A DNA stretch of 64,000 bases from an uncultured delta proteobacterium (GCA_963847445.1 CAWJZV010000042.1:1-64000), one strand, 5' to 3'; numbered from the stretch's first letter, positions 52,155-62,054 are shown. Program-made: numbers and translations. The notes: generated by a model from the sequence alone, not told the origin.

Positions 52155-53207
52155 ATGCGGATTAAATTCAGCTATAGGGTGGTTTCATTCCTATGGATTC
52201 TTTTATTTTTTGAGACGAATCTTTTGTCCGCCCAGGAGGGCTATTTCAAGGGCAAGACCATTCGCATCATCGCCGGTTTTCCCGGCGGCGGCGGAGTCGA
52301 TGCCGAGGCGCGCATGATGGCGCGCTTCTTGGGGCGTTATATCCCGGGCCATCCGACGATGCTGGTGCAAAATATGCCGGGGGCGGGAGGAACGGTAGCG
52401 AGCAATTGGTTCGAGCAATTCGCCAAGCCCGACGGCTTGACGCTGCACTACACCAGCACGACGTCAATCAATCAGCAGGCCATGAGCGTGAAAGAGGCCA
52501 AGCATGATCTGACCCGCTGGCCGGCGCTCGGCAGCGTGCGGCGCGGCACATCGGTGGCGCTGATCCGAAAAAAAAGCCTTGAGCGTCTGACCGGCGGCGG
52601 CGAGCCGCTCAAAGTCGGCGTCCGCTCGGGCGACGAAAGTTGGAACGCGATCTTTCTCTGGGGCGCGGAGTTTCTCAAATGGAATGTCCGGTGGGTGCAA
52701 GGTTATCCCGGCGGCGGAGAGATTCAGCTCGCCTTTGAACGCAACGAAACCGATATTTATCCAACCGCGACATTGCCAACGCTGCAGAAGTTTATCGGCC
52801 AGGGTTTCTATCCGTTTGTGCAGCAGGGCATGCTGAACGCCAGCGGCGCCTTTCAAAGGCGCAGTGAGTTTGCCGATGTGCCGGTGTTCGAAGATGTGGC
52901 CAAGGAGCAACGGCCGAGCGGTGTGCCGTGGCAGGCCTATACCATATTTGCCGGCACTGACAGCGTCGGCCGGCCGCTGCATGCGGCGCCAAAGACGCCG
53001 GCGCACTTGTTGCACCAACTGCGCGACGGCTTTGCGCGCATGAAGGATGACGCCGAGTTTAAACCGGAGCTGAGACGGGTGAGCGGCGAAGATGCGCAAA
53101 TGCTATCAGCCGGCGAAACTGAGCAACTGCTGCGCCATCTCCTGGTCGTGTCGCCGTCGATCCAAGGTTACATCAACGGGCTGATGAAAAAATATTTGAA
53201 TCGGTAG
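52155..53207 (+). CDS. TctC/Bug family substrate-binding protein
   Basis: YFKGKTIRII, IPGHPTMLVQNMPGAGG, KPDGLT, GYPGGGEI, ERNE. Confidence 0.88.
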   Translation: MRIKFSYRVVSFLWILLFFETNLLSAQEGYFKGKTIRIIAGFPGGGGVDAEARMMARFLGRYIPGHPTMLVQNMPGAGGTVASNWFEQFAKPDGLTLHYTSTTSINQQAMSVKEAKHDLTRWPALGSVRRGTSVALIRKKSLERLTGGGEPLKVGVRSGDESWNAIFLWGAEFLKWNVRWVQGYPGGGEIQLAFERNETDIYPTATLPTLQKFIGQGFYPFVQQGMLNASGAFQRRSEFADVPVFEDVAKEQRPSGVPWQAYTIFAGTDSVGRPLHAAPKTPAHLLHQLRDGFARMKDDAEFKPELRRVSGEDAQMLSAGETEQLLRHLLVVSPSIQGYINGLMKKYLNR

Positions 53208-53235
53208 AATTTCGGATCGGCGGGACGAGCGGAAT

Positions 53236-53520
53236 TGGCCGCAAAGAACCTAGCGGCAAGCCGCAACCAAAGAAGAAACCGGGAATTCACGCAGAGGCGG
53301 AGTTCACAGAGTTCGGAATGTATCTTTATCAAGAAATTCTTGACTCTGCGTCTCGGCGTCTCGGCGGTGAGTCTCCCGAAAGTTTGCGCAGACGACGCAA
53401 TTCTCATGGATAGCAGTGCAAAGAATACAAAGTTTCGTCGGGTGCGCTCCGCGCCGGTCAGTCTCGGATTGTTTTCCTCACAATGCAAATTCGCATTTCC
53501 GTTCTTTGCGCCCTCTGCCT
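53236..53520 (+). repeat. Nested repeat element inserted inside a 9-mer arm
   Basis: GCCGCAAAGAA|CCTAGCGGCAAGCCGCAACCAAA ... GTTTGCGCAGACGACGCAATTCTCATGGATAGCAGT|GCAAAGAATACAAAG. Confidence 0.75.
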
Positions 53521-53621
53521 CCAGTTTGTCGGTTCCCAATGTTATCCGGCAACGTTTTGAACGGCTGGAACGATTGGAACGACTGGAACGCGTTCCAGTG
53601 CGGCAACCATTATCGACGCCG

Positions 53622-53651
53622 TTGACAGAAACAAATACTCTCGACTACTGT
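53622..53651 (+). promoter_or_regulatory. Possible sigma-70 promoter
   Basis: TTGACA-N18-TACTGT ~55 nt upstream of ATG 53705. Confidence 0.35.
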
Positions 53652-53704
53652 CCGAAAAGTCACGCATGGGCGCAAGAACTGTCGTAGCGAAAGGAGAGAG
53701 AGCC

Positions 53705-54718
53705 ATGCTTAACTCTCGAGCGGTGTTGCTGATTCTCTTAGCGATTCCGAGCGGCGCAGTGGCGGCCTATGCGGCGGTGGCGCCCAACAAGATGACGATC
53801 GCGTATGCTTCCATCGGGCCGCGCTCGGCGCCGCTCTGGGCCGCCGAGGAGTATGGCATCTTTCGCAAACATGGCATCGAGCCGCAAGTGATCTTCGTGC
53901 GCGGCGCGCCGACGTTGGTGGCCGCCCTGACTTCCGGCGATATGGACATCGGCTACACTGGCGGCACGGCGGTGCTCGGCGCTTCGACGGCGGGCATCGA
54001 TCTAAAAATTCTCGCGGTACTGACCAACCGTGTGACTTACGACTTGGTGGCGCGTCCGGGCATTAAAAGCGCTGAAGATTTGCGCGGCAAACGCTTCGGC
54101 GTGACCAGCATCGGCGGCACGTTGTGGATGGGCGGCGTGCTCGGCTTGGAAAAGTTGGGAATCGACAGCAGCCGCGACGATATCCGCTTTCTCGTTCTCG
54201 GCGACCAGGTGGTCCTCAGTCAAGCGCTGGAAGATAACCGCATCGACGCCACGGTGCTCGATATGGTGTTTAGCAAGCGGCTCGCCCAAAAGGGATTTCC
54301 GATTCTGGCCGAGCTGCACAAGACCAACCTGCCGATCACCAGCACGAGCATCGTCGCGCGCCAGGCTTACATCCAGAAGAATCCCCAGCTCATGGAGAAT
54401 TTTATGAAGGCGGTGATGGAGGGGATCGCCTTCGTGCTTGGCCCGCCAAACAAAGCTGCGACGATCAAGTTGCTGCAGCGGCGTCTGCACGTGAGCGAAC
54501 GGGAGGCGGAAGAGGGCTTCGTCGACATGCTCATCGGCATGGACAAGAAGCCGTTTCCGTCCATGGAAGGCTTGCGCAATATTCAGCGCTTGATGAAACA
54601 GCGCAATCCGAAAATGGCCAACATCAAAGTGGACGACTTAGTCGACGACCAGATCCTGCGCCGCCTCGACGAGAGCGGCTATATCGACAAGTTGTTTGCC
54701 GCGCATGGGGTGAAATAG
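53705..54718 (+). CDS. ABC substrate-binding protein, NMT1/SsuA family
   Basis: APLWAAEEYGIFRKHGI, LTSGDMD, DLRGKRFGVTSIGG. Confidence 0.9.
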   Translation: MLNSRAVLLILLAIPSGAVAAYAAVAPNKMTIAYASIGPRSAPLWAAEEYGIFRKHGIEPQVIFVRGAPTLVAALTSGDMDIGYTGGTAVLGASTAGIDLKILAVLTNRVTYDLVARPGIKSAEDLRGKRFGVTSIGGTLWMGGVLGLEKLGIDSSRDDIRFLVLGDQVVLSQALEDNRIDATVLDMVFSKRLAQKGFPILAELHKTNLPITSTSIVARQAYIQKNPQLMENFMKAVMEGIAFVLGPPNKAATIKLLQRRLHVSEREAEEGFVDMLIGMDKKPFPSMEGLRNIQRLMKQRNPKMANIKVDDLVDDQILRRLDESGYIDKLFAAHGVK

Positions 54719-54817
54719 CGGTTGCCGCAACCCGTGACATTGACAAGGCAAAAGACGCTATGAAATATTCGGCCGGAACGACAAATGCGCTAGATGGGAG
54801 ACAGGAGGGTATTTAGA

Positions 54818-55426
54818 ATGATCGAATTGAACCCCGAATCGACTGGTTTGGTGATCGTCGACATGCAAGTGGAAGGCTGCGAACGGCATGGCCCCGGGAT
54901 GAAGCCGGTCATCGCCAACATTCGCGCCTTGCTCGACCGCTGCCGCGCCGTCAACGGCAAGATCATTCATGTGCAATCGGTGCGGACCAAGGATCATCCG
55001 GAGTTCACCGTGTTCGGCCGGCCCTATGGTTTGATCTTGGGCAGCCCCGGCGCCGATTTCGTCGAGGAATTAAGACCGCTGCCGGGCGAGACGGTGGTGC
55101 AGAAGACTTCGCACGACTGTTTCTACAAGACGAGCATGGAGACGGTGCTCGACAAGTTCGACCTGCGCTCCTGCCGTGACACGGTGATCGTCACCGGCAT
55201 CGGTTCGAGCAACTGCGTCTATCACGCGGTGATCGGATTTCACATCCGCAATTATTACACGATCGTGCCGGAAGACTGCATCCACGGCGTCGCGGCGCAC
55301 TCGCAGCCTTTCGCGTTGGCGCAGTTCCGTTCCAACGCCTACAACTTCAACGTGACGGTGTCGCGCTCGGATGAGCTGCAGTTCGTCGATGCCAAAGTCA
55401 TGCAGCGAAAGGCTGCCGGCGCTTGA
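54818..55426 (+). CDS. Isochorismatase-like cysteine hydrolase
   Basis: Asp-Lys-Cys triad motifs IVDMQ, QKTSHDCF, TGIGSSNCV. Confidence 0.9.
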   Translation: MIELNPESTGLVIVDMQVEGCERHGPGMKPVIANIRALLDRCRAVNGKIIHVQSVRTKDHPEFTVFGRPYGLILGSPGADFVEELRPLPGETVVQKTSHDCFYKTSMETVLDKFDLRSCRDTVIVTGIGSSNCVYHAVIGFHIRNYYTIVPEDCIHGVAAHSQPFALAQFRSNAYNFNVTVSRSDELQFVDAKVMQRKAAGA

Positions 55427-56439
55427 AAGCTGCATCGATCCAGCGGCGGCGCAGGAAGATCGCTTTCGTCTCCGTTCTCGTCTCGTATCTTTTTATCGCC
55501 GCGCTGCCGTCCGCGTATGCCGAAAGCTTGAAAGTGCCCTACGCGGCGCTGTCGCCGACCTACGCGCCGCTGTGGATCGCCGAGCAGGCTGGCTACTTCA
55601 AAAAATACGGCCTGGATATCCAGCCTGTTTATATCTCCGCGGGGTCGATCATTGTGCCGGCGCTGTTATCAGGGCAAGTGGAGATCGCCAATATGAGTTC
55701 GGCGCCGGCGCTGACTGCCTGGGCGCGCGGCGCCGAGCTGGTGGCGGTGGGTGTGACTTCCAATCGGTTGCTCCATGTCGTCATGAGCCGCGGCGCGATC
55801 AAGAAACCGGAGGATCTGAAAGGCAAACGGGTGGGTAGCGACCGCTATGGATCGCTCTCCGATCTTGTGCTGCGGGATGCGTTGCGACACTTCAACTTAA
55901 CTCCCGACCGCGATGTCGCGATCATGCAGACCGGCGGTCTTCCCGAAAGACTCGGCGCGTTAAAAGCGGGCGCCGTGGACGGCGCGATCCTTACCGGCGA
56001 CACGGCGTTTCACGCAGAAAAATTGGGCTACCATTCGGTGATCGATCTTAGCCAGCTGCCGATTCAATACCCTGGCAGCACCATCGTCGTGAGCAAAGCG
56101 TTGGTTCAGTCGAAGCGCGAAATGCTGAAAAGATTTTTGCGCGGTTGGATCGAAGGCATCAAGACGGCGCGCACCGACAAAGAATTCACCATCAAAGTGC
56201 TGCAAAAATTTCTCAAGACGGCCGACCGCGATATCCTCGACCGCACCTTTGAGGTTTACAAAGACGTGCAGGAAAAGATTCCCGTCCCGGACGCAAAGGT
56301 AATGGCGGTGGCGTTGAAACAACTCGCTGCTACGGTCCCGCAGGCCGGCCAACTGAAGGCGGATGATTTCATCGACCGCAGTCTGATCGGCGAGCTGGAA
56401 AGCGAGGGGTTTATAGCCAAGTTGTACGGCGGAAGATAG
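55423..56439 (+). CDS. ABC substrate-binding protein, NMT1/SsuA family
   Basis: APLWIAEQAGYFKKYGL, LLSGQVE, DLKGKRVG. Confidence 0.9.
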   Translation: MKAASIQRRRRKIAFVSVLVSYLFIAALPSAYAESLKVPYAALSPTYAPLWIAEQAGYFKKYGLDIQPVYISAGSIIVPALLSGQVEIANMSSAPALTAWARGAELVAVGVTSNRLLHVVMSRGAIKKPEDLKGKRVGSDRYGSLSDLVLRDALRHFNLTPDRDVAIMQTGGLPERLGALKAGAVDGAILTGDTAFHAEKLGYHSVIDLSQLPIQYPGSTIVVSKALVQSKREMLKRFLRGWIEGIKTARTDKEFTIKVLQKFLKTADRDILDRTFEVYKDVQEKIPVPDAKVMAVALKQLAATVPQAGQLKADDFIDRSLIGELESEGFIAKLYGGR

Positions 56440-56542
56440 TTGAACCCATCGTATCGATCATTCCACCGGAGCGATTGGCTTTGTCCCGTGCGGCTGGTTG
56501 ACCAGCGATGATTCGGATAATTCTTGAATCCCGGAGGTGCGC

Positions 56543-57604
56543 ATGAGAACGAAAAAAATGTTTCCGACATGCTTTTTCGGCATCTTGTATCTGCTTGCGG
56601 TGGCTCCGCCATCGGTTCATTCCCAGGCGCCATTTTTTCAGGGCAAGACGATCAAGATCATCAATAACGATCCCGGCGGCACCGCAGGGCTGCGGGTCAA
56701 GGTCGTGATGACCTACCTGCGCAAATATATTCCTGGTAATCCAACGTTGCTTATCGAGTTCGTCGAAGGCGGCGGCGGACGTCGGGCCGCCAACCAGGTT
56801 TTTCAGAACGCCAAGCCGGACGGTCTGACCGTCGGCGCGCTCAGCAGCGCGATCATCGGCCTTCAGGTCATGAAAGAGACCGGTGTCATGTATGACATCG
56901 ATAAGTTCATCTATCTCGGCACGCCGGTGAGCGAGAACCACAACGTCATCTACACGCGGCGCGAGTTGGGACTCAATTCCCTGGACAAACTGCGCGCGGC
57001 GAGCGGGCTTCGCCTTGGCGCCCAGGAAGTTGGCGCGGTGGCGTATATCTCGGCGCGGCTGTTCGGGTACTTTCTCGATATTAAGGCGCCGAAGTTCGTC
57101 ACCGGCTACACATCGCTGGAAGCCGACGTGGCGTTGCGCAACGGCGAGATCGATTCGCGCTCGAATAACGTGACTTCGGTTCTGAGCCGCAATCGCGACT
57201 GGATCGACAAGGGCATTATGGATTTTCACGCGATCATCGCCGTGCCGAAAGACGACAAGCCATCGCACCCGCGCCTGGCGCAACTGCCGGAGATCGAGAG
57301 CTTCGCCAAAACCGATAGAGAGCGAAAGCTACTGACCATGTGGCGCAGTTTCCGAACCGCCACTTCGCCGTTCGTGTTGCCGCCGGGGACGCCGAAGGAT
57401 CGCGTGGAGATCCTGCAAGAGGCGATGCGCAAGGTGTTCAATGATCCCGAGTTCCGCGCTGAGTTTAAGAAGCTCGCCAACGACGATGCTTCACCGCTGA
57501 TGGCCGAAGAGCTTGCCAAAGTGATTCAGGAAATGCCTCGCGATCCCGAGGTCGTCGATTTGTTGAAGAAGTTCTCCGGTGTCGAGCCGCTGCCTATGCG
57601 ATAA
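56543..57604 (+). CDS. TctC/Bug family substrate-binding protein
   Basis: FFQGKTIKII, IPGNPT, KPDGLT, VTGY, LPPGTPKDRV. Confidence 0.88.
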   Translation: MRTKKMFPTCFFGILYLLAVAPPSVHSQAPFFQGKTIKIINNDPGGTAGLRVKVVMTYLRKYIPGNPTLLIEFVEGGGGRRAANQVFQNAKPDGLTVGALSSAIIGLQVMKETGVMYDIDKFIYLGTPVSENHNVIYTRRELGLNSLDKLRAASGLRLGAQEVGAVAYISARLFGYFLDIKAPKFVTGYTSLEADVALRNGEIDSRSNNVTSVLSRNRDWIDKGIMDFHAIIAVPKDDKPSHPRLAQLPEIESFAKTDRERKLLTMWRSFRTATSPFVLPPGTPKDRVEILQEAMRKVFNDPEFRAEFKKLANDDASPLMAEELAKVIQEMPRDPEVVDLLKKFSGVEPLPMR

Positions 57605-57647
57605 ACTGCGAGCTGCGGGGACTGCGACCCGTAAAAAGGAGTAGGGA

Positions 57648-58735
57648 ATGAAGCATCATTCATTACGTCTTGGCTTGTTGCGTTATCGGCGTTTACGTTG
57701 TGTCGGATTGCGCAAAGTTATGCCGCCGAGAAACCGTTCTACGACGGCAAGACGCTCACGGTTTTGATCAATTATGCCGCCGGCGGCCCCACCGATGTCG
57801 AGGGCCGGCTTTTGGCGCGCCATCTGGGCAGGCATGTGGCGGGACAACCGAACGTCATCGTGCAAAATATTTCCGGCGCGGGCGGCATCATCGGCACCAA
57901 CTTCTTGGGACAAGTCGCTAAAGCCGACGGGCTGACCATGGGCTACTTCACCGGCGCGCTGTTTCATCAGCAGGTGCGAAACCCCGCGCTGCGCACCGAT
58001 CTGTCGAAATATGCTTTCATCTCGGGCATCCAGGGCGTCACCGTGTCTTACATTCGCTCGGATGTCGCTCCCGGCATCAAGAAGCCCGGCGATCTGCTAA
58101 AAGCGCAGCGGTTCAAAGCCGGCGGTCTGAGCAACGATAGTTTCAAGGACGTTGCGTTTCGACTGTCGTTCGATCTTCTCGGATTGCAGTACGACTATGT
58201 GACCGGTTACAACTCCAGCGCCGACGCCAGATTGGCGGTGCAGCGCAATGAAGTGCAGTATCATGATGAAACCCTGCCGGCGTACCGATCGCAGGTCGAG
58301 CCCAACATGGTAAAACCCGGCCATGTGACAGCGCTGTACCACGCGGACTTGATCGATGCTGACGGCGGTGTCGCCGATAGTCCGGATGTTCCAGAGCTGT
58401 CGTCGTTCACGAAATTTTACACCCAAGTGTTGGGCAAGCCTCCTTCCGGCATCAAGTACGAAGCTTTGAAAGCAGCCAACATCGCCGGCACCAACATGAC
58501 CCGGGCGATATTACTGCCGCCCGGCGCGCCCAAGGAGGCGGTAGCCGCGCTCAAGCAAGCCGCTGCGTCGCTATCGAAGGACGAAGAATATCTCGCCGAT
58601 GCGGTGAAGGTGATGCGCTTTCGCCCGAGGTTTGAAATGGGCGCGAGCGGCGAACGGCTTTATCAACGAGCCACGGGAATTTCTCCTGACTTAGCCAAAT
58701 TCATCAGGCAATTTATCGAGCAGGAGAGAAAGTAA
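57648..58735 (+). CDS. TctC/Bug family substrate-binding protein (frameshift in signal peptide)
   Basis: FYDGKTLTVLINYAAGGPTDVEGR, VQNISGAGG, KADGLT, VTGY. Confidence 0.87.
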
Positions 58736-58789
58736 GCCTGCGTCGATCGGTTTCATGGTTCAGACTGAGTTCCAGCCGATTGCAGACAG

Positions 58790-58950
58790 TAGGAAAGATT
58801 TCTCGCTCGCTCGAAATGACAGATTGCGAGTTGCCGTCATCCCGAGCGCAGGCCGGAATCCAACTCTAGGAGTCCTGCGACGGCGCTCAGGACGAACGGA
58901 AGGGTTTGATGTCATTGTGGATTTCCGTTCATGCTGAGGCTCGGATGCAT
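58790..58950. repeat. Cluster of REP-like fragments
   Basis: AGATTTCTCGCTCGCTCGAAATGACA, GTCATCCCGAGC, CTCAGGACGAACGG..CCGTTCATGCTGAG. Confidence 0.6.
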
Positions 58951-58976
58951 TCCAACTTTTTCAGCATCGACTCGGC

Positions 58977-59409
58977 TCATTTCACCGGCTGAAACTTCGG
59001 CAGCGTATAGTCCGGCAGATCCTCGAAGATCACTTCGACGTTCATGCCGATTTTGACTTCTTCCGGCGCGCAGCCGACCACGTTGGTCACCAGCCGTCCG
59101 CCTTCGTCGAGGTCGACCAGCGACACGTTGTAAGGAACTTTGTCCTGGTACGCCGGATGCCAAGCGCGGTGGTAGGCGATATGGGAGTAGATTGTTCCCT
59201 TGCCGCTCAGCTCCACCCACTGAAATTCCTTTGCTAAACAATGCGGACAGTGCGACTGTGGCGGGAAAGCCAAATATTTTCTGGCATGACGAGCAGCGTT
59301 GGGCGGTTAGTTTGTGTTCCCGCAAATTGGCCCAAAACGGTTTGGCGTCAGGCTCTTCGAGATAGGGTTGTCCTCGGCGCGCGGCGCGCCCGCGTTCGTC
59401 TTTGCTCAT
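58977..59409 (-). CDS. Zn-ribbon/OB-fold (DUF35) protein, frameshift ~59275
   Basis: KPFW, QRCSSC, FPPQSHCPHC, ELSGKGTIYS, VPYNVSLVDLDEG. Confidence 0.88.
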
Positions 59410-60560
59410 AATGCCCCCAATATCATCGTTGCATGCATCGAAAGGCTGCCGCCATGGCCGCTGACGATGCCGACTTTGGCGTTTGGCACCTGCCGTTCCG
59501 GCTCGACTTCGTTGCCGCGCAGTTGTTTGACCGCCTCGGTGATGTGCAGCTGGCCTTCAAGATGGGCTTGCGATAACAAGCCGCCGTGGGTGTTGAGCGG
59601 CAGTTGGCCGCCGAGAGTAATTCGCCCGTCCTTGACGAAGTCCTTGCCTTCGCCTTTTTTACAGAAGCCGTAATCTTCCAGCGTGATCATCGCCGTGATC
59701 GTGAAACAATCGTAGATCTGCGCGAACTGCATATCTTTAGGTTTCATCCCCGCCATGCGGTAGGCCGTCTCGGAAGATTTCTTGCCGCCGAGCGTCGTCA
59801 GCGTCGGCGCATCGAGCAGGCTGAAGTGCGGATGATGCTGCCCCATGCCCAAGATCGCCACCGCTTTCTTGGGGAAATCCCGCGCCCGCTCGGCGCTGGT
59901 CACCAACACGGCGCCGCCGCCATCGGATTCCAGCGAGCAATCGAACAGGCGCAGCGGCGCGACGATCATGCGCGACTGCTGGTGCTCCTCGATGGTCATG
60001 GGTTTGCGCAGCGTGGCGTTCTTATTGAGGCTGGCGTGGTAGCGCGTCGACACGGCGACATGGGCGAGGTCTTCGCTGGTGGTGCCGAACTCATACATGT
60101 GGCGCTGCGCCGCAAAGGCGTGGCCGCCGGCGGCGGCGAAGTGGCCCCAGGGCTCCTCCCAATGCTCGTCGCCGCGCCGGATCGGATGACCGGGCGTCGG
60201 ATCGGCGGTGGAGCGCTTGCGCGCATGGACGCAGACGACGGTGGTTGCCATGCCGGCTTCGATCGCCATCACCGCATGCTGGACCATGGCGATGGGCGTC
60301 GCGCCGCCGAGCGCCAGATCGGTGGCGAACAGCGGATCGATGCCGGCCATATGCGAGAGCTTGGTGGCGTAACTGCGATGCGCGTCGTTGAGCGGTTGGT
60401 TGGTTAATAGGCCGTCGACCTGCGACGCTTTGATGCCAGCGTCGTCGAGGCAGGCCTTGATCGCTTCAAGATGGAGCGAGTTGGTGGTCGCGTCGGGACG
60501 CTTCCCCACCACGGTCTCGCCCATTCCTACGATGGCGCATTTGCCACTGAGGTTCGTCAT
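59406..60560 (-). CDS. SCP2-type thiolase-like protein (lipid-transfer/aldolase subgroup)
   Basis: AIVGMGET, PLRLFDCSLESDGGGA, QIYDCFT, PLNTHGGLLS, EAVKQLRG. Confidence 0.9.
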   Translation of the reverse strand: MTNLSGKCAIVGMGETVVGKRPDATTNSLHLEAIKACLDDAGIKASQVDGLLTNQPLNDAHRSYATKLSHMAGIDPLFATDLALGGATPIAMVQHAVMAIEAGMATTVVCVHARKRSTADPTPGHPIRRGDEHWEEPWGHFAAAGGHAFAAQRHMYEFGTTSEDLAHVAVSTRYHASLNKNATLRKPMTIEEHQQSRMIVAPLRLFDCSLESDGGGAVLVTSAERARDFPKKAVAILGMGQHHPHFSLLDAPTLTTLGGKKSSETAYRMAGMKPKDMQFAQIYDCFTITAMITLEDYGFCKKGEGKDFVKDGRITLGGQLPLNTHGGLLSQAHLEGQLHITEAVKQLRGNEVEPERQVPNAKVGIVSGHGGSLSMHATMILGAL

Positions 60561-60869
60561 GATTTCCCTTTCGTCGACTCTTTAATAGCCATAAATGGCA
60601 ATGCACCGATCAGAGTATTTTCAGTGCGATGCCAATTTTCTTGTTGGCGCGATCTTATACGGGAGGTTTTTCCACTGTCAAGGCGATGCGTGGAATTCAT
60701 TACCAGAGTTGCTCAGTTGCTTCACTGGCCCCGCGCAGATTTAGTTTGCAGTTATGTCAGGCCGTTTGCTAAATGAGTGGAGCCGAGGCGGGCGGATTGC
60801 AGAGTCGTCATACCGGTCCTTCGACGTCGCTGAGGATAAACTTTAGCCGGCATCGCGGTGACGGATAGC

Positions 60870-60945
60870 GTCCGTCATGCCGTTGACGAACGGCATCCAG
60901 GTTTAGGGGATGGGGATGGACCCCGGTCTTCACCGGGGTGACGAT
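60870..60945. repeat. GTCA-type REP pair
   Basis: CGTCATGCCGTTGACGAACGGCATCCA..TGGACCCCGGTCTTCACCGGGGTGACG; related half at 5413-5440. Confidence 0.6.
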
Positions 60946-60997
60946 AACGAAGAAGACAGTTTCCTAGTTACTGGAGGTGCCATGCTGTCGTTACTCA

Positions 60998-61963
60998 ATG
61001 AAAACTTTTGTAATCCTTATCTTGTTGCTCGGGCTTTCCCATGACACGCAGGCGCGCGACGCGGTGATCGGCTACTCCGGACGGACCATCGCCGAGATGC
61101 CGTTCGCCTGGGCGAGCCGCAAGGGATTTTTCAAGGAAGCCAACTTGGACGTGAAGATGATTTATATGTCGACCAGCATCGCCGCCAAGGGGTTGATGAG
61201 CGGCGACGTCGATTACTCCGCGGCCATGGGCGGCACGCTGCGCGCCGCCATCGCCGGCGCGCCGCTGATCGGCATTTACTCGATGTTCAAGGCGCAGATG
61301 TATTTAGTCTCTCAGGCCAAGTACAAACAGGTTGCCGATCTCAAGGGCAAGACTGTGGGTATCAGCGTGTTCGGCGGCGCCTACGATCTGGCGGCTCGAT
61401 TGATACTCAAGCACCACGGACTCGATGCCGAAAAGCAGGTGACGCTGCTGCAGATCGGCGATAGCCGGACACTTTATTCCGCGCTCGCCGCCGGCACCAT
61501 CGACAGCGCGATCTTGGGGCCGCCCTACGACATCAAGGCCGAGCTGGAGGGCGCCAACCGCCTGTTCGATTCGTCGGAGATTTTCGACATGCCGTTCTCC
61601 GGCCTGGCGACGAGCAAGAAAAAATTGTCGCAGGACCGCGCCGAGGTGAAAGCGATCGTGCGCGGCCTGGAACGCATCCGCCGCTACATCGCTGCCAACC
61701 GCGGCGAGGCCGAGGCGTTTGCCAAGCAGTTTCTCAATTTAACTGACAAGGAAGCGCGCCTTTCGATCACGCAGATGGTGAAATCCTTCCGCGACACCGG
61801 CAGAACCACCGACGAAGCGGTGGTGGATTTCATCGAGACCACGTTGCGCAGCACGAAACAAAAGGCCGGGACTATCAAGCCCAGCGATATCGTCGACTGG
61901 AGCGTGACGACGGAAGTGGTGCGGGAACTGGATCAATTAAGAAGTGAAACGGTAGAGGGGTGA
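60998..61963 (+). CDS. ABC substrate-binding protein, NMT1/SsuA family
   Basis: KGFFKEANLD, LMSGDVDY, DLKGKTVGIS, LGPPY. Confidence 0.9.
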   Translation: MKTFVILILLLGLSHDTQARDAVIGYSGRTIAEMPFAWASRKGFFKEANLDVKMIYMSTSIAAKGLMSGDVDYSAAMGGTLRAAIAGAPLIGIYSMFKAQMYLVSQAKYKQVADLKGKTVGISVFGGAYDLAARLILKHHGLDAEKQVTLLQIGDSRTLYSALAAGTIDSAILGPPYDIKAELEGANRLFDSSEIFDMPFSGLATSKKKLSQDRAEVKAIVRGLERIRRYIAANRGEAEAFAKQFLNLTDKEARLSITQMVKSFRDTGRTTDEAVVDFIETTLRSTKQKAGTIKPSDIVDWSVTTEVVRELDQLRSETVEG

Positions 61964-62054
61964 AGGGTAAGGCGTAAGGCGTTTTCCGAAACTCTTCTCG
62001 CCTCACTCCTTTACGCTTTACCCCTTACGATTTCGCGGCCGAAGGGAGCGAAGA

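Noticed and set aside
53235-53687. ORFs spanning intergenic repeats (also 9689-9980, 13858-14103, 16524-16769, 23679-23957)
   Set aside because: Translations of repeat DNA, e.g. ERLERLERLER from 9-mers; not credible proteins
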